This document shows, one piece after another, positions 26,941 to 39,992 of a DNA stretch of 64,000 bases. Each line of letters starts with the position of its first letter. Position 1 is the first letter of the stretch. The DNA lies in the NCBI GenBank assembly GCA_951406725.2, contig OX597821.1, positions 112,096,001-112,160,000 on the forward strand. Reading direction: 5' to 3'. The notes under the pieces were generated by a model. The model was given only the letters and a program-made list of their open reading frames with translations, did not search any database and was not told the origin of the DNA. The stretch comes from Octopus vulgaris. Lineage: Eukaryota. The translations under genes and the position numbers were made by a program.

Positions 26941-27185
26941 TATGGGTTTATAATATACAGCCACATATTGTGATAAACTACATTGACCAACATTATGATG
27001 GATCTCTGAACCCCCTGAAACAGCTGTTGGGCTTATAACACCATACTTCCTCCTCTTTAATTTCCTCTGTCATCTGTACTCTGAGTAAGTCGGACCTATT
27101 AATATAAACATCTACAGGTTTATACTTAAATATTCATTGCCTGAAAGTCTCCTACTTTCTTTACTTCATTTTGCATCTATACATT

Positions 27186-27385
27186 TCTCTTTTACTTGTT
27201 TTAGTCATTTGACTGTAGCCATGCTGGAGCACCACCTTCAGCCAAGCAAATCGATCCGCCAGGACTTATTCTTTGTAAGCCTAGTACTTATTCTACCAGT
27301 CTCTTTTGCTGAACCGCTAAGTTACGGGGACATAAACACACTAGCATCGGTTGTCAAGTGATGTTGGGGGGGAACAAACACAGAC

Positions 27386-27422
<37 letters not shown>

Positions 27423-27533
27423 CATATATTCGACAGGCTTCTTTCAGTTTCCGTCAACCTAATCCACTCACAAATGTTTGGTTGGCCCGGAGCTATAGTA
27501 GAAGACATTTGCCAAAGGTACCATGCAGTGGGA
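27186..27533 (-). mobile_element. SINE-B copy
   Basis: tcttttacttgttttagtcatttgactg...gctaagttacgggga...gctatagtagaagaca. Confidence 0.85.
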
Positions 27534-27971
27534 ATACATATATTGTATTTCATACCCAAGGTGCTATATTTAATATATCTAATTGGTTCACCAGCATAAT
27601 TGCCTCTGAACACAAGCAAACATGCATATATATATATAGTAAATCCCAAAAAATGAAAAACAAACAAGAAAAAAATGTGAGGATGTGGTACATGCAAAGT
27701 ATTATACACACACACACACACACACAAAAGCATTCTAAATTTACTCATATGTTAGTGCATGTGTGCACACATGGGAGTGTGCATACAAGCGTGCATATAA
27801 AGATTTTTGCATTGATTACATGGAGGTGAAGTGTGCCCTCTGTTCTCCCCTAGACGCTGGTGGATTGATATGGAATGTAACCAGGGAAAATACACAGACC
27901 CTTGCTTAAGGACTTCCCAAGGGCATCACTATGTTTGCTGGCCTCTGAATGGCCGAGTTATATTTTGGTGA

Positions 27972-28011
<40 letters not shown>

Positions 28012-28015
<4 letters not shown>

Positions 28016-28447
28016 CCATTCGAGTGTGATCATTACCAGCGTCGCTTTACTGGCACTCGAATCCCGTGCTAGTAGGGTGTTAAGAGCACCGTCTAAGCGT
28101 GATCGTTGCCGGAGCGGCTAACTGGCTTCTGTGCCGGTGGCATGTAAGAGGCACCATTCAAGCATGTTCGTTACCAGTATCGCCTTACTGGCACCTGTGC
28201 CGGTGGCATGTGTAAAAAGATTCGAGTGAGGTCATTGCCAGTACCGCTTGACTGGCCTCGTGCCGGTGGCACGGAAAAGCACCCACTACACTTTTAGAGT
28301 GGTTGGCGTTAGGAAGGGCATCCAGCAGTAGAAACGGTGCCAGATCAGATTGGAGACTGGTGCAGCCATCTAGTCCACCTGCTCTCAGTCAAATCGTCCA
28401 ACCCATGCTAGTATGGAAAGCAGATGTTAGACAATGATGATGATGAT
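28012..28447 (+). mobile_element. SINE-like family C (internal subrepeats, ggttggcgttaggaagggcatcc core, (GAT)n tail)
   Basis: Repeated gcaccattcgag..gatcgttaccag..ttactggcac units, then cgtccaacccatgctagtatggaaag and a (GAT)n tail, inserted within (TA)n. Confidence 0.8.
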
Positions 28448-28880
28448 ATATATATGTATGTATATACATATGTGTATGTATATATAATATGTATCTATCT
28501 ATCTATATATATATAAATATATATATATAAATATATATGAATAAATACATATAAATATATATATAAATAAATATATATAAATAAATAAATATATATAAAT
28601 AGATAAATATATATATAAATAAATAAATATATATAAATAAATATATATATAAATAAATAAATATATATAAATAAATAAATATATAAATAAATAAATATAT
28701 ATAAATAAATAAATATAAATAAATATATATATATATATATGTATGTATGTATATATGTATATATATATATGTATGTATGTATATATGTATGTATATAGAT
28801 ATGCACTCAGATACACACACACACACACACACATGTACATATTCAGACATAAACACCCACACACATGTACACATACACAC
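28448..28880. repeat. TA/TAAA/CA microsatellite field
   Basis: Seen directly; higher-order atatataaataaataa units. Confidence 0.9.
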
Positions 28881-30214
28881 CTTGAATACAATGCATTAAC
28901 AATAATTTCAGTAATTATTTGTTTTTTTTTTCATTCTTAACTGCTCGTTAACTCAAGTGGTATGAAGCTAGGTAGAAATTAAATTTGATAAATTATAAAC
29001 ATTGAGACATTTAAATTTTATTTATTTTCAAGGAAGCAAAATTTTCTACACAAACACACGCACAGACAAACAAGAGAACGTAGATATACAATGCATACGT
29101 TATCATACATACACATTCGTATGACAAAGTATATACGCCTATACAGATATACAGTAATGAAAATGCAGGGCATGATATACACCAAAATAGACAAACACTG
29201 AATCACTTTTCACACACACACACACTGCCCTCTTTCATATATACACGTATGCACAGACACTGTCGCCTTTCACCAATACATACACAAACAATCTCTTCCA
29301 TACATACACATATGCACATACATATACATTTCTCCTTCACATACATATGCAAACACTGTTCCTATCATACATGTACCTACAACGCAGCTCTCTTTCCATA
29401 CCATACATATATCTATGCACACACATGCATACCGTCTCTTCTATGCATGTCTACACGCTCAGTCCTGTTTCACATGCACATACACAAATAAACAGATAAA
29501 ATCACTGTCCCCTTTCTCTCATACACACCCTATATACAATCATATACATACTGTCCCTTTTTACATGCATGCAAATAATACTTAGGAACATCACGCCACA
29601 CTAATGCCTGTATTAAACAAACTCACACACATACATAGGTGTACGCACACATACACACATGTGTGTAATTTACATGAAATTGTTTGTTTTAAAGCTATTT
29701 TTATATTTTATGTTTTTTTTTTAGCATTCTGTATTTCTTTTTGTTCCTCCCCCCCTCCACTAATTTGAAAATAAAATTATATAAAATTGAGAATGTGATT
29801 CCGTACAGAAATAATTTAGCTTTTTATAAGTTTCATTACACACACACACACACACACACAAGCATATATACACACACAAATATACACATATATATATACA
29901 CACAAATATATCATCTTCCCTCTCTCCATATATATATATATATATGTATATATACACACACATACACAAACATATATACATATACTTATATATATGTGTG
30001 TGTGTGTGTATGGCATCTTCTTTGGTTAGTGTCTTGTTTTGTTTTTTATTGGTTGTTGTTTGTGTCATGTCATGCAATCAGAGTTTAATGTAAACATGAG
30101 ATTCGTGGAAATGTGTTGGACTCTGCCAGCTGCAACAGAAATGAAATTAACCGATTCTGCACAATCAAAGAATAAATAAAACAAAAAGAAACAAAAATAA
30201 TTACCACTACTAAC

Positions 30215-30249
<35 letters not shown>

Positions 30250-30358
30250 TAATAATAATAGTAATAATGATAATAATAATAATAAAACTACAAATAGTAA
30301 AAATGAATAAATAATACTAGTAATAATGCTGCTACTGATGATGATAATAATAATAATA

Positions 30359-31288
30359 ATCCTTTCTACTAAAGGCACAAGGCCTGAAATTTGGTGGGAG
30401 GCGGGGGTCAACTGATTAGATTGACTCCAGTACACAACTGGTACTTAATTTGTTGACCCCAAAAGGATAAAGAGAAAGTCGATCTTGGCAGAATTTGAAC
30501 TCAGAACGTAACAGCAGATAAAAAGCCGCTAAGCATTTTGCCTGGCGTGCTAACGATTCTGCCAGCTCACTGACAACAACAACAACAATAATAATAATAA
30601 TAATAATAGTCATGACGAAGAGTTACGTCAGTCCTTTTTAAAATATAATAATGATGATGGTGATGATGACCAGTATGTCAATGCTTCATCACCTCTCTGT
30701 TGGGTTTCAAATTTAGACACAAGGCCAGGAATGTCAAAGGGAGGAAGTCAATCGATTACACTGTCCCCCAATGTTCAACTGGTACTCATTTTATCAACCG
30801 TGGAGAGATAGAAGGCAAAGATGACCCTGGCAAATGGAGGGAACACTACAAAGCAATTTGCCCAATGTGCTAACAATTCCGCCAGCTCATCTTTTAAAAT
30901 GGTTTAGATGTTTGGTGCAAGGCCAGCAATCTTAGCGGGGGAGAGGTGTTATTCAATTACGTTGATCCCAGTATTCAACTGGTACTTAATTTATCAACCC
31001 CCGAAAGGTGAAATGCTGCTAAGTATTTTGCCCAAAGTACTATATCATTCTGCTCGTTTGCGACCTTTAATAATAATAAAAGTTTCAAATTTTAGTACGA
31101 GGCCAACAGATTTTGAGGGAAGGCGGAAGTCAATTACATTGACCCCAGTATTTGACTGGTATTTATTTTATCGACCCTGAAAGAACAATAGGCGAAGTTA
31201 ACTTTGGCAGTATTTGAACACTGAACATATAATAGGAAGAGATAATCACAAAGCGTTTAATCTAGCAAGCTAACAATTCTGCCAGCTA
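30359..31288 (-). mobile_element. SINE-A cluster (about four minus-strand copies) in (AAT)n context
   Basis: Copies at about 30359-30570, 30703-30890, 30908-31065 and 31082-31288. Confidence 0.8.
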
Positions 31289-31936
31289 ATAATAAGGATC
31301 ATAATAATGATAATAATAATAATGATAATAATAATGATAATAATAATAATGATATGTAAATAAAAACACACATACATACATGCACGTACATAGAGTACAT
31401 TTGCATATATATGCTCATATTATTTTCCCAAGAATCCAAAAGGCGGAAAAAACAACAACTGCAACAACAAGAACAAATACATTCAAGAGAAAACGCCCTG
31501 ATAACATCTACATATTGTACAGTGATAAACAAGTTGATTATGTAGGAAAGTTAGCTGACTGTGTTAACCCTTCCCTTATGACTTCTCCTCCACCCTCCAA
31601 TGATAACAACCATCACCACCACTGCCACTACCCTGAACCATAACCAAACACATCAAGGCAATCTAGTAACTGCATAATAAAGGTCGGAATAAAAAGATAA
31701 TAAAAAGGACTATTAAAATAACAAACCTAAAAACCTAACAACAAAATATAAATGTATATCTGTACATGCATGTATGCGTGTGTGTATAAATATATATATA
31801 TACACACACATATATAGACACAAAAAATATATACACACATATATATTTATTTATGTATATATGTGTGTATATATAGATATATGTGTGTGTATATATATAT
31901 GTATGTATATATATATATGTATGCGCATATATATAA

Positions 31937-32044
<108 letters not shown>

Positions 32045-32335
32045 TCACATATATTTTGGGGGAAGTTCTTCAAGTGGTTGTACCAGAGTCACGTCTGATA
32101 ATTGCCGCACCAGGAATATCTGTCGTCCCCTTTAGGTTTGGTAGTGCTTGAATTTCATGTTGCTTATCTCGTCCAATAACACTAGTGTCTTTGAGTAGCT
32201 TGTTACAATACATAATACCCAACAGTACTATCTAACTTCCTTTCTCTCTCTCTCTCTTCTATCGATCTATCTATCTATCAATCTATCTAAGGGAAGGTGG
32301 AAGGAAATCATTTACGAGATGTTATATATGTACCG

Positions 32336-32652
32336 ATTTCAAGTTTTGGCAGAGTGCCAGCAATTTTGGGGGAGGGGCTAAGTTGATTACATTGACCCCA
32401 GTATTGAACCAGTACTTATTTTAATGACCCCAAAAGAATGAAAAGCAAAGTCAGCAGAATTTTTGCTTAGAAACCTTTGAAAATACAGGTACAACAGATA
32501 TAAGAAGAAAGAGTGAGAGACAGTTGTGGTGAAAGAGCACAGCAGGGTTTGCCACCACTCCCTGCCAGAGCCTTACTAGGTGTTTTCGCTCAATAAACAC
32601 TCACAGTCTGGGAAGAGCCCGCTGCCCTAACCACTGGGCCATTTCACCTCCA
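32336..32652 (-). mobile_element. SINE-A fragment (about 32336-32460) and SINE-G 5' part (about 32480-32652)
   Basis: gtgttttcgctcaataaacactcac...gctgccctaaccactgggccat is the reverse complement of the G head. Confidence 0.7.
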
Positions 32653-33182
32653 CACACACACACACACACACACACATTTAAATAATAAGGGTAAAAATTG
32701 ATATCAATTAGATTAATATCAATTTAAACCAGTGACCTAGCATATTGAAAAAAAATCTGAAGATTCAGAAAATTATATTACATCATATGTCGGACCATAT
32801 GGGGTCTTAGAAACAGACAGGCACTTTGTACATAATTATACAGAGATATACACACTGCATATAAAAAAATTACCAGCAAAAAAAAAAAATAAAGTATTTT
32901 TGCAATGACTCCTTTTCAGCACATTAGGTTCCATTTATGACAAATTCTGGTAAATGTCTGCTGGAATGGTTTCAAGTATTTATTGGTTTTGTTGTTTAGA
33001 GAAAAATCCAAGAAAAATTAGAGGAGGAACCTTATTTAAGCTTTAATTTAACATATACAAAACACACACACACACACACAGATATACACAAAAATATTTA
33101 AACACACATACATAAATGCATATTTCTCACTCCACATCTTATACTTTTCATTTAAATGTATGTATATATATGTATATATATA

Positions 33183-33413
33183 TGGCGGCGAGCTGGCAGA
33201 AACGTTAGCATGTCGGGCAAAATGCTTAGCAGTATTTCGTCTGCCGCTACATTCTGAGTTCAAATTCCGCTGAGGTCGACTTTGCCTTTCATCCTTTCGG
33301 AGTCGATTAAATAAGTACCGGTCATGCACTGGGGTTGATATAATCGACTTAATCCGTTTGTCTGTCCTGGTTTGTCCCCTCTATGTTTAGCCCCTTGTGG
33401 GTAGTAAAGAAAT
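33183..33413 (+). mobile_element. SINE-A full-length monomer
   Basis: ggcggcgagctggcagaaacgttagc...gagttcaaattccgc...ccccttgtgggtagtaaagaaata. Confidence 0.9.
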
Positions 33414-33588
33414 ATGTATGTATATATATATGTATATATATGAACAGGTTGAGTTTTACTTCATCCTTTATTAAGGAGGGTTCCAAAGGGTGATTTCTAA
33501 TAAAGATCCTTCATATTTAGTTGGTAGCTTACTGGTGTAAGATGTTTGTGAATATGAAATTATTACATGCATATAGTGTTACAGTTAC

Positions 33589-33803
33589 GGACACATGGTA
33601 TAGTGGTTAAGAGTTCCAGGGAGTAACCATAATAATAATAACATGGAAAAATAGCTTAGGAATAAGAACCCAGGTTCAAAATTTCCCCCAAGACACCTGA
33701 TAAAGGCTGGGGGATATATCAGCCAAAATGTTGTGTTAACAATAAACAAGATGAGGACAAATATCCATCAAATGTTAATAATGTAAAAAATGTAAGTAAT
33801 GTA
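33589..33803 (+). mobile_element. Element with tRNA-like A-box head and Penelope-type hammerhead tail (decayed)
   Basis: tggtatagtggttaagag (A-box, 33596), ggttcaaaat (B-box-like, 33673), gacac-CTGATAA-a-ggctg...cagcc-AAAA-tg-TT-gtgtt (33692-33737), aataaa and a repeated aatgta tail. Confidence 0.55.
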
Positions 33804-33897
33804 TATGGTGTGTTATGAGAATTTAGGGAAAGGTATCCCATAGAGCTTAACAAATTGTTAAAGATGGGGAAGAGAAAGTGTTAAAATTTGAAAAGAA

Positions 33898-33937
<40 letters not shown>

Positions 33938-34768
33938 TACACACACATACACATATATAGACACACACATATATATAGGAAGAAGGAGAGGGGAAGAGGG
34001 GAGAGAGAAGGGAGGAGGGAGAGGTAGAAATATCTTCACCACCACTACTACCACCACAACATCAGCTTTCCATCCTGACATGGTTTGGGTGAGTTGTTAG
34101 TCCATGGACCCTACCCTTTCACCCCAGACCCCCTTCCTTATGTAAAAAGAATCAAAAACAAAAACCCTTAATGTATCCTGCTAATATGCCCCTTTATTTT
34201 TTGAAGAGGCAGTAGGGTGTATTTCAAGATAGACTTGGCTGCTATCTCTAGCAGGATAAAGAGCCACATGGAGTCATCATCAGTCTATAACGAGTTAAGA
34301 AATAAATATACTCAGGTGACCAGGTATGTTGTATTCCAGACAGGTAAGTGAACTAAAGCTATGCAAGTTTAACATGTATTGCGCAGATACACCAGGAAAC
34401 ACCTGTAATAAATTCACGAGTTGGAGGTGGGCAAGCATTGAGCTGGAAATCTTCAGTGTTCTCAATTGTTAGCTTAATCAAAAGACAAACCGTCAGCCAT
34501 CGTTGTTGACTTCTAAAGACGAAGCGGAAATGGAGAGAGGGCAGGAGGAAGGGGTGGAGGAGAATCTATACTAAAGAACCTTTTGTGCATATCCGCTAAT
34601 GAGGGAGCTGCTGCATGGTCGGTCAACTAGCTAGAGATAGCTGTTAAAGTCTCTCTCGTCTGGGTCAGGGGTACTCGACCTTTTTTTTGCCTTTGGTTCT
34701 GATTTTACTCCCATGGAGCCCATGCTCCCGCTACCTATTTGAAGTTTTAAAAAAAAAATCCCATTATA

Positions 34769-34930
34769 GGCGTAGGAGTGGCTGTGTGGTAAGTAGCTTG
34801 CTTACCAACCACATGGTTCCGGGTTCAGTCCCACTGCGTGGCACCTTGGGCAAGTGTCTTCTACTATAGCCTCAGGCCAATCAAAACCTTGTGAGTGGAT
34901 TTGGTAGACAGAAACTTAAAGAAGCCCGTC

Positions 34931-34974
<44 letters not shown>

Positions 34975-35177
34975 GTTTTAGTGTCTGTGTTTGTCCCCCC
35001 AACATCGCTTGACAACCGTTGCTGGTGTATTTATGTCCCCGTAACTTAGCGGTTCAGCAAAAGAGGTCGATAGAATAAATACTAGGCTTAAAAAGAATAA
35101 GTCCTGGGGGTCGATTTGCTCGACTAAAGGTGGTGCCCCAGCATGGCCGCAGTCAAATGACTTAAACAAGTAAAAAA
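34769..35177 (+). mobile_element. SINE-B full-length
   Basis: ggcgtaggagtggctgtgtggtaagtagcttgc...ggttcagtccc...accttgggcaagtgtc...(TA)n...aaacaagtaaaaaag. Confidence 0.9.
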
Positions 35178-35293
35178 GCAAATAATAGCAAAAGCAAGAA
35201 GAGTGCCATTGTCATCAAGGGAACAATGGCACACTGCTTTTTTTATTTTGCTTCTCTATCTTCTGGAGGAGTTACCTCAAGCCTATTTATATT

Positions 35294-35345
<52 letters not shown>

Positions 35346-35562
35346 CTCCTTTCTCCAATAGGCACAAGACTTGGATTTTTGAGGGGAGGGGGACAATCAA
35401 TCACATTGACCTCAGTACTTGACTGGTACTTAATTTATCAACCCCGAAAGGATGGAAGACAAAGTCGACCACAGTGGGATTTGAACTCAGAACGTAAAGA
35501 CGGATGAAACACTGCCAAGCATTTTGCCAGGGGTACTATAACGATTCTGTCAGCTTGCCGCC
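35346..35562 (-). mobile_element. SINE-A copy
   Basis: ggtacttaatttatcaaccccgaaaggatg...atttgaactcagaacg...cagcttgccgcc. Confidence 0.85.
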
Positions 35563-36491
35563 GCCCTAACACCAAGAACAACAATAATACTAATAACGAC
35601 AGCAAGAATAATAATTATCATAAAATGGAATTACAGCACCAAATAGGAAAGTAACTGAGAGATAATTTCCTAAATTGTTGGTTCCTCCACCACATGCCAT
35701 CCCACTAAATTCTGGCGCTAATAGAAGTACAGGCAGACTTTTAGTATCAACCCAGTTGACTTTTTACATAATAACCTCATTCCTCTGATAATAATGATGC
35801 CAATAACGCACATTTCTTGTCTGTTCCGTTTCTAATTTTCCCCCAAAGTGTTTCATAATCACATTATATATTTATTTAGTTGTATTTTTTTATTTTTACT
35901 GCAGTTGGAGAACGATAACATAATTGGTTACAGCTTTCAAGCGGGAGATAGTGACAAGGATGTGTTGGTAACTCAGTGCAGAACAATCATCACAAGGGAC
36001 TTGTTCAGAATACAGTAGGTTTTGTTTTTGTTTCTTTTTTTTCTAACTCATGTTTACATCCTTTAAAATCCATTGGTAAAAAAAAAAGGGGGGAAAAAAA
36101 CCATACATGTACAGACACTTATGCATGGCATGTTAGAGCATTTAAAATGGTCTTTGCGTTCTGAGTTCAAATCCTGCCACAGTCCACTTTACTGTTTTAT
36201 TCTCTTAGGACTGGGGGAGGAGGAAAGGATGATATAAAAAATTGTAACAGCCTATTGTTAGTATAGCTTCATTTTCCCCTCCAAGTGTCACAACGTTGCT
36301 CCACTGGGTCATGGGTAAGAGAGCTGAGATGTTGCTTGTGTCTGTCCACAGCTGCATGCAGGCCAAAAACAATTAGCAAAGGGCATGGAATATGCTACCA
36401 GGCCATTACTCACTTGCAAGTTATGGCTGTAGCAGTTGTTTGATCATGTGTATGTGACAATCATCATCATCATCATCATCAGTGTCTAACT

Positions 36492-36734
36492 TAGTGGTTC
36501 TCGACAATTATTTATCAACCCCTTTACTCTTTTACTTGTTTCAGTCATTTGACTGTGGCCATGCTGGAGCACCACCTTTAGTCGAGCTAATCGACCCCAG
36601 GACTTATTCTTCATAAGCCTAATACTTACTCTATCAGTCTCTTTTGCTGAACTGCTAAGTTACGGGGACGTAAAGACACCACCATCGGTTGTTAAGCGAT
36701 GTTGGTGGGGATAAATACAGACACACAAGCATAT

Positions 36735-36771
<37 letters not shown>

Positions 36772-37446
36772 CATATATACAACGGGCTTCTTTCAGTTTC
36801 CGTCTACCAAATCCATTCACAAAGCTTTGGTCAGTCCAAGGCTATAGTAGAAGACACTTGCCCAAGGTGCCATGCAGTGGGACTGAACCCAGAACCATGT
36901 GGTTTGTAAGCAAGCTACTTACTACACAGCCACTCCTACGCCTATGATTATTTTTTTGTTTTGATGCCCCTACCCATAGCCATTCGATGTTTAAAAACTA
37001 GTTCTTCTAGAAACTAGAAACTTCTTTGAAAATTCCTATTTTGTTTTTCTCACTGTTAACTTGTGTAGGTTGAATTATGGAAAATATCCAAGAAAGAAAC
37101 CCAGCTGTTTCTTGCAACACATACCAATACATACATCTAAAGCAGGGGTTCTCAAGTATTTTTACCTATGACCCCTTTGGTAACTATTTTATTCTGGTGG
37201 GCTCCTATAGTCATTCGATGTTTGAAATTGGTTTTGCAGAAACTTCTTTCAAGATTCCTATTTTGTTTTACCCAAACAACATAAAACATTCGAGAAAGAA
37301 AGAAACCTATTTGTTCCTTGCAAAAAAATACATCTGACACAAAATGTTTTTCATGGACACTTAAAATATAACGCTGGACCCCTAATGTACTATTTTGCTT
37401 ATATGGATCCCCAGGTGTCAATAAGAGCCCTGGTTGACAACCACTG
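36492..37446 (+). mobile_element. hAT-like MITE F dimer with a SINE-B inserted in the first unit
   Basis: Starts tagtggttctcgac, second unit starts at atctaaag|caggggttctc (37143), ends ggttgacaaccactg. Confidence 0.7.
36523..36942 (-). mobile_element. SINE-B full-length
   Basis: Reverse complement of the complete consensus, ending cacagccactcctacgcc. Confidence 0.9.
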
Positions 37447-38296
37447 ATTTAATGTCTATCTTCAATACTAGCTTGGGCTGGATGTTCCAACAGGATCCAA
37501 TACATCAGAGAACTGCATTGAGCTCCAGTGTTTTCCTTGATTAGGTTTCTCTCCTCTCTCACCTTTTCTCCTCACTCTCCTCTCCTCTCTTTCTCCCCCC
37601 TCTCTCAGAGGGAAAAGTGCTTGTCAATCATGTGCAATTAATACATTGTAATCTCCCTCCCTTTCAACAGTTCATGGTTGACTAATTAGCACCTGAACAA
37701 TAATTGTTTCTAATTTTGGCACAAGGCCAGCAATTTGGGCACAGTTAATCATCATCGTTTAACATCTGCTTACCAAGCTGGCATGGGTCGGACAGTGTGA
37801 CAAGGAGTTGTCACACTGTTCCTAAAGGCAACCATTTCACAGGGTACAGGGTGCTTGTTTCATGGTGCTAGCACTAATGAGATTACCAAGTGGTTCACAA
37901 GGCAAGAACCTTCCTCCGAGTTGGGGGTCTGATATTCAGCCAATTCTACCATTATCTTATTTGTTCATTGTTCTAATTAATAATTCCAGGTGAAGGGTGG
38001 TTCGCTTTGGTTCCATCACCACATGATGAAGCTTATGGTTGTGTGTGTGTTTGTGTTGACCTCACTACACTAAGATCCTCATTAACCCTACAGCATGCTT
38101 GGTACCCCACCCATCCACCGTTTCCTTTGGGTTGCCTTTGAAGTGATTATGACAAATTAAACAAACAACGCACAATCTGAAGTAGACAACATAAATCGAC
38201 ACCACTTCCTCCACAGCTTCCACCCCATCCTTCTTTTAATCATCATTACCATCACCCTCACTATCGTCATCACCACCATCATCATCATCATCATCA

Positions 38297-38672
38297 AGAC
38301 AGTGAGCTGGCAGAATCATTCGTGTGTCAGACAAAATGCTTAGTACTATTTTCTCTGGCTCTTTACATCCTCACTTAAGCTTCTGCCGAGGTGAACTTAG
38401 CCTTTTATCCTTCCAGGGTCAATTAAAATATAGTACCAGTCACATGCTGGGGTTGATGGTGTCAACTTATATCTCCTCCCCTCAAAATTGCAGACCTTCT
38501 GCCAAAATTTGAAACCATTTGTTAATCATCATGTTCTGAGCTCAAATTCTGCCGAGGTTGACTTTGCCTTTCATCCTTTCGGGGTCGATGTACCAGTTAT
38601 GCACTGGGGTCGATGTAATTGACTTAATCCCTTTTTCCAAATTTGAGGCCTTGTGCCTCCAGTAGAAAGGAC

Positions 38673-38719
<47 letters not shown>

Positions 38720-38920
38720 GGCGAGCTGGCAGAAACGTAAGCACACCAGACGAAATGCTTAGCAGTATTTCCTCTGTCTTTAAGTTCTGAGTTCAAATTC
38801 CGGCAAGGTTGACTTTACCTTTCATCCTCTCGGGGTTGATAAAATAAGTACCAGTTGAACACTAGGGTCTAAGTAATCTACTCCCACCTCTCCCAAGCTA
38901 CCCTTGTGGCAAAAGTGTGA
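38297..38920 (+). mobile_element. SINE-A cluster (about 38297, 38532, 38719)
   Basis: Three plus-strand copies, the last two separated by (ATT)n. Confidence 0.8.
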
Positions 38921-39399
38921 AATAATAATAATTATTATCATTATTAGTATAGTTGTAGTAGTAGTAGTAGTAGAAGCACTATTAGCTGTATTACTAATTT
39001 TATTGTTGTTGTTGTTGTTGAAGCACCTGCAAAATCTTGAATGGTCCAAGAATTTCTGAAGTTGACAGGAGAACCAAGTTGTGGAAGATAAATTTTTTTT
39101 GGCAAACTGCCCTGGAATAAGTGAAGAACCAAGGAAAACTATTTCAATGGAAATGCAGGGAGGGGGAGGGGGGAGAATGGGGGGGACGAGGGAGAGAAAA
39201 GGGAGATGAGTTGTGAGGGGTGGGGGAGGGGACGGGGTGGTGGGTGAGCAGGAATTAGGGGGAAAAAAAAAATGTAATGTATGGCATTACAAGATCCAGA
39301 TGTAATCTTTGAAGGCATGTTGGAATATTGGTAAATGACGGAGAAGGTGAGAGATGGAGGAAAAGCGAAAGAGGGAGAGGAGAGAGAGAAACGGAGAGT

Positions 39400-39892
39400 G
39401 AGTGTGTGGGGAGGGAAAGATTTATATGTGTGTGTGCATGTGTCTATATGTGTATATATATGTGTATGCATATACACACACACATATACATATATATATA
39501 TATATATACGCATACACATACATATATATATACACACATATACAGAGAGAAAGGCAAGCAGTAGAAAAAGATAGTGAAGGAAAAGTTTTAAATATTAGAG
39601 AGAGAGAGAGCCGAGAGAGGAAGAAAAACAAGAAGGAGAGAGAGAGAGAGGAAGATTTATATGTATATATGTTTGTGTGTGTGCATATGTTTAAATGCCT
39701 ACAGAAAGAAAAACTGAGAGGGAGAAATTTATATGTGTGTGTATGTATACACACACATGTATACAAAGAGAGAGAGAGCTTGAGAGGGTGTGAGTGTTAA
39801 TTTATGTTTGTGCACGGCTTCAGAAGAGAGGGTGTTAATGAGGAGTAGACAGGAAAAGAGATTTATTATTTGTGAGTGTACGCACATATATG

Positions 39893-39932
<40 letters not shown>

Positions 39933-39950
39933 CACACACACACACGCACA

Positions 39951-39992
<42 letters not shown>

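Noticed and set aside
26985-27032. GAAACAGCTGTT hammerhead half
   Set aside because: The CUGANGA box and stem II are not recoverable; at best a heavily decayed relative of 9584-9663.
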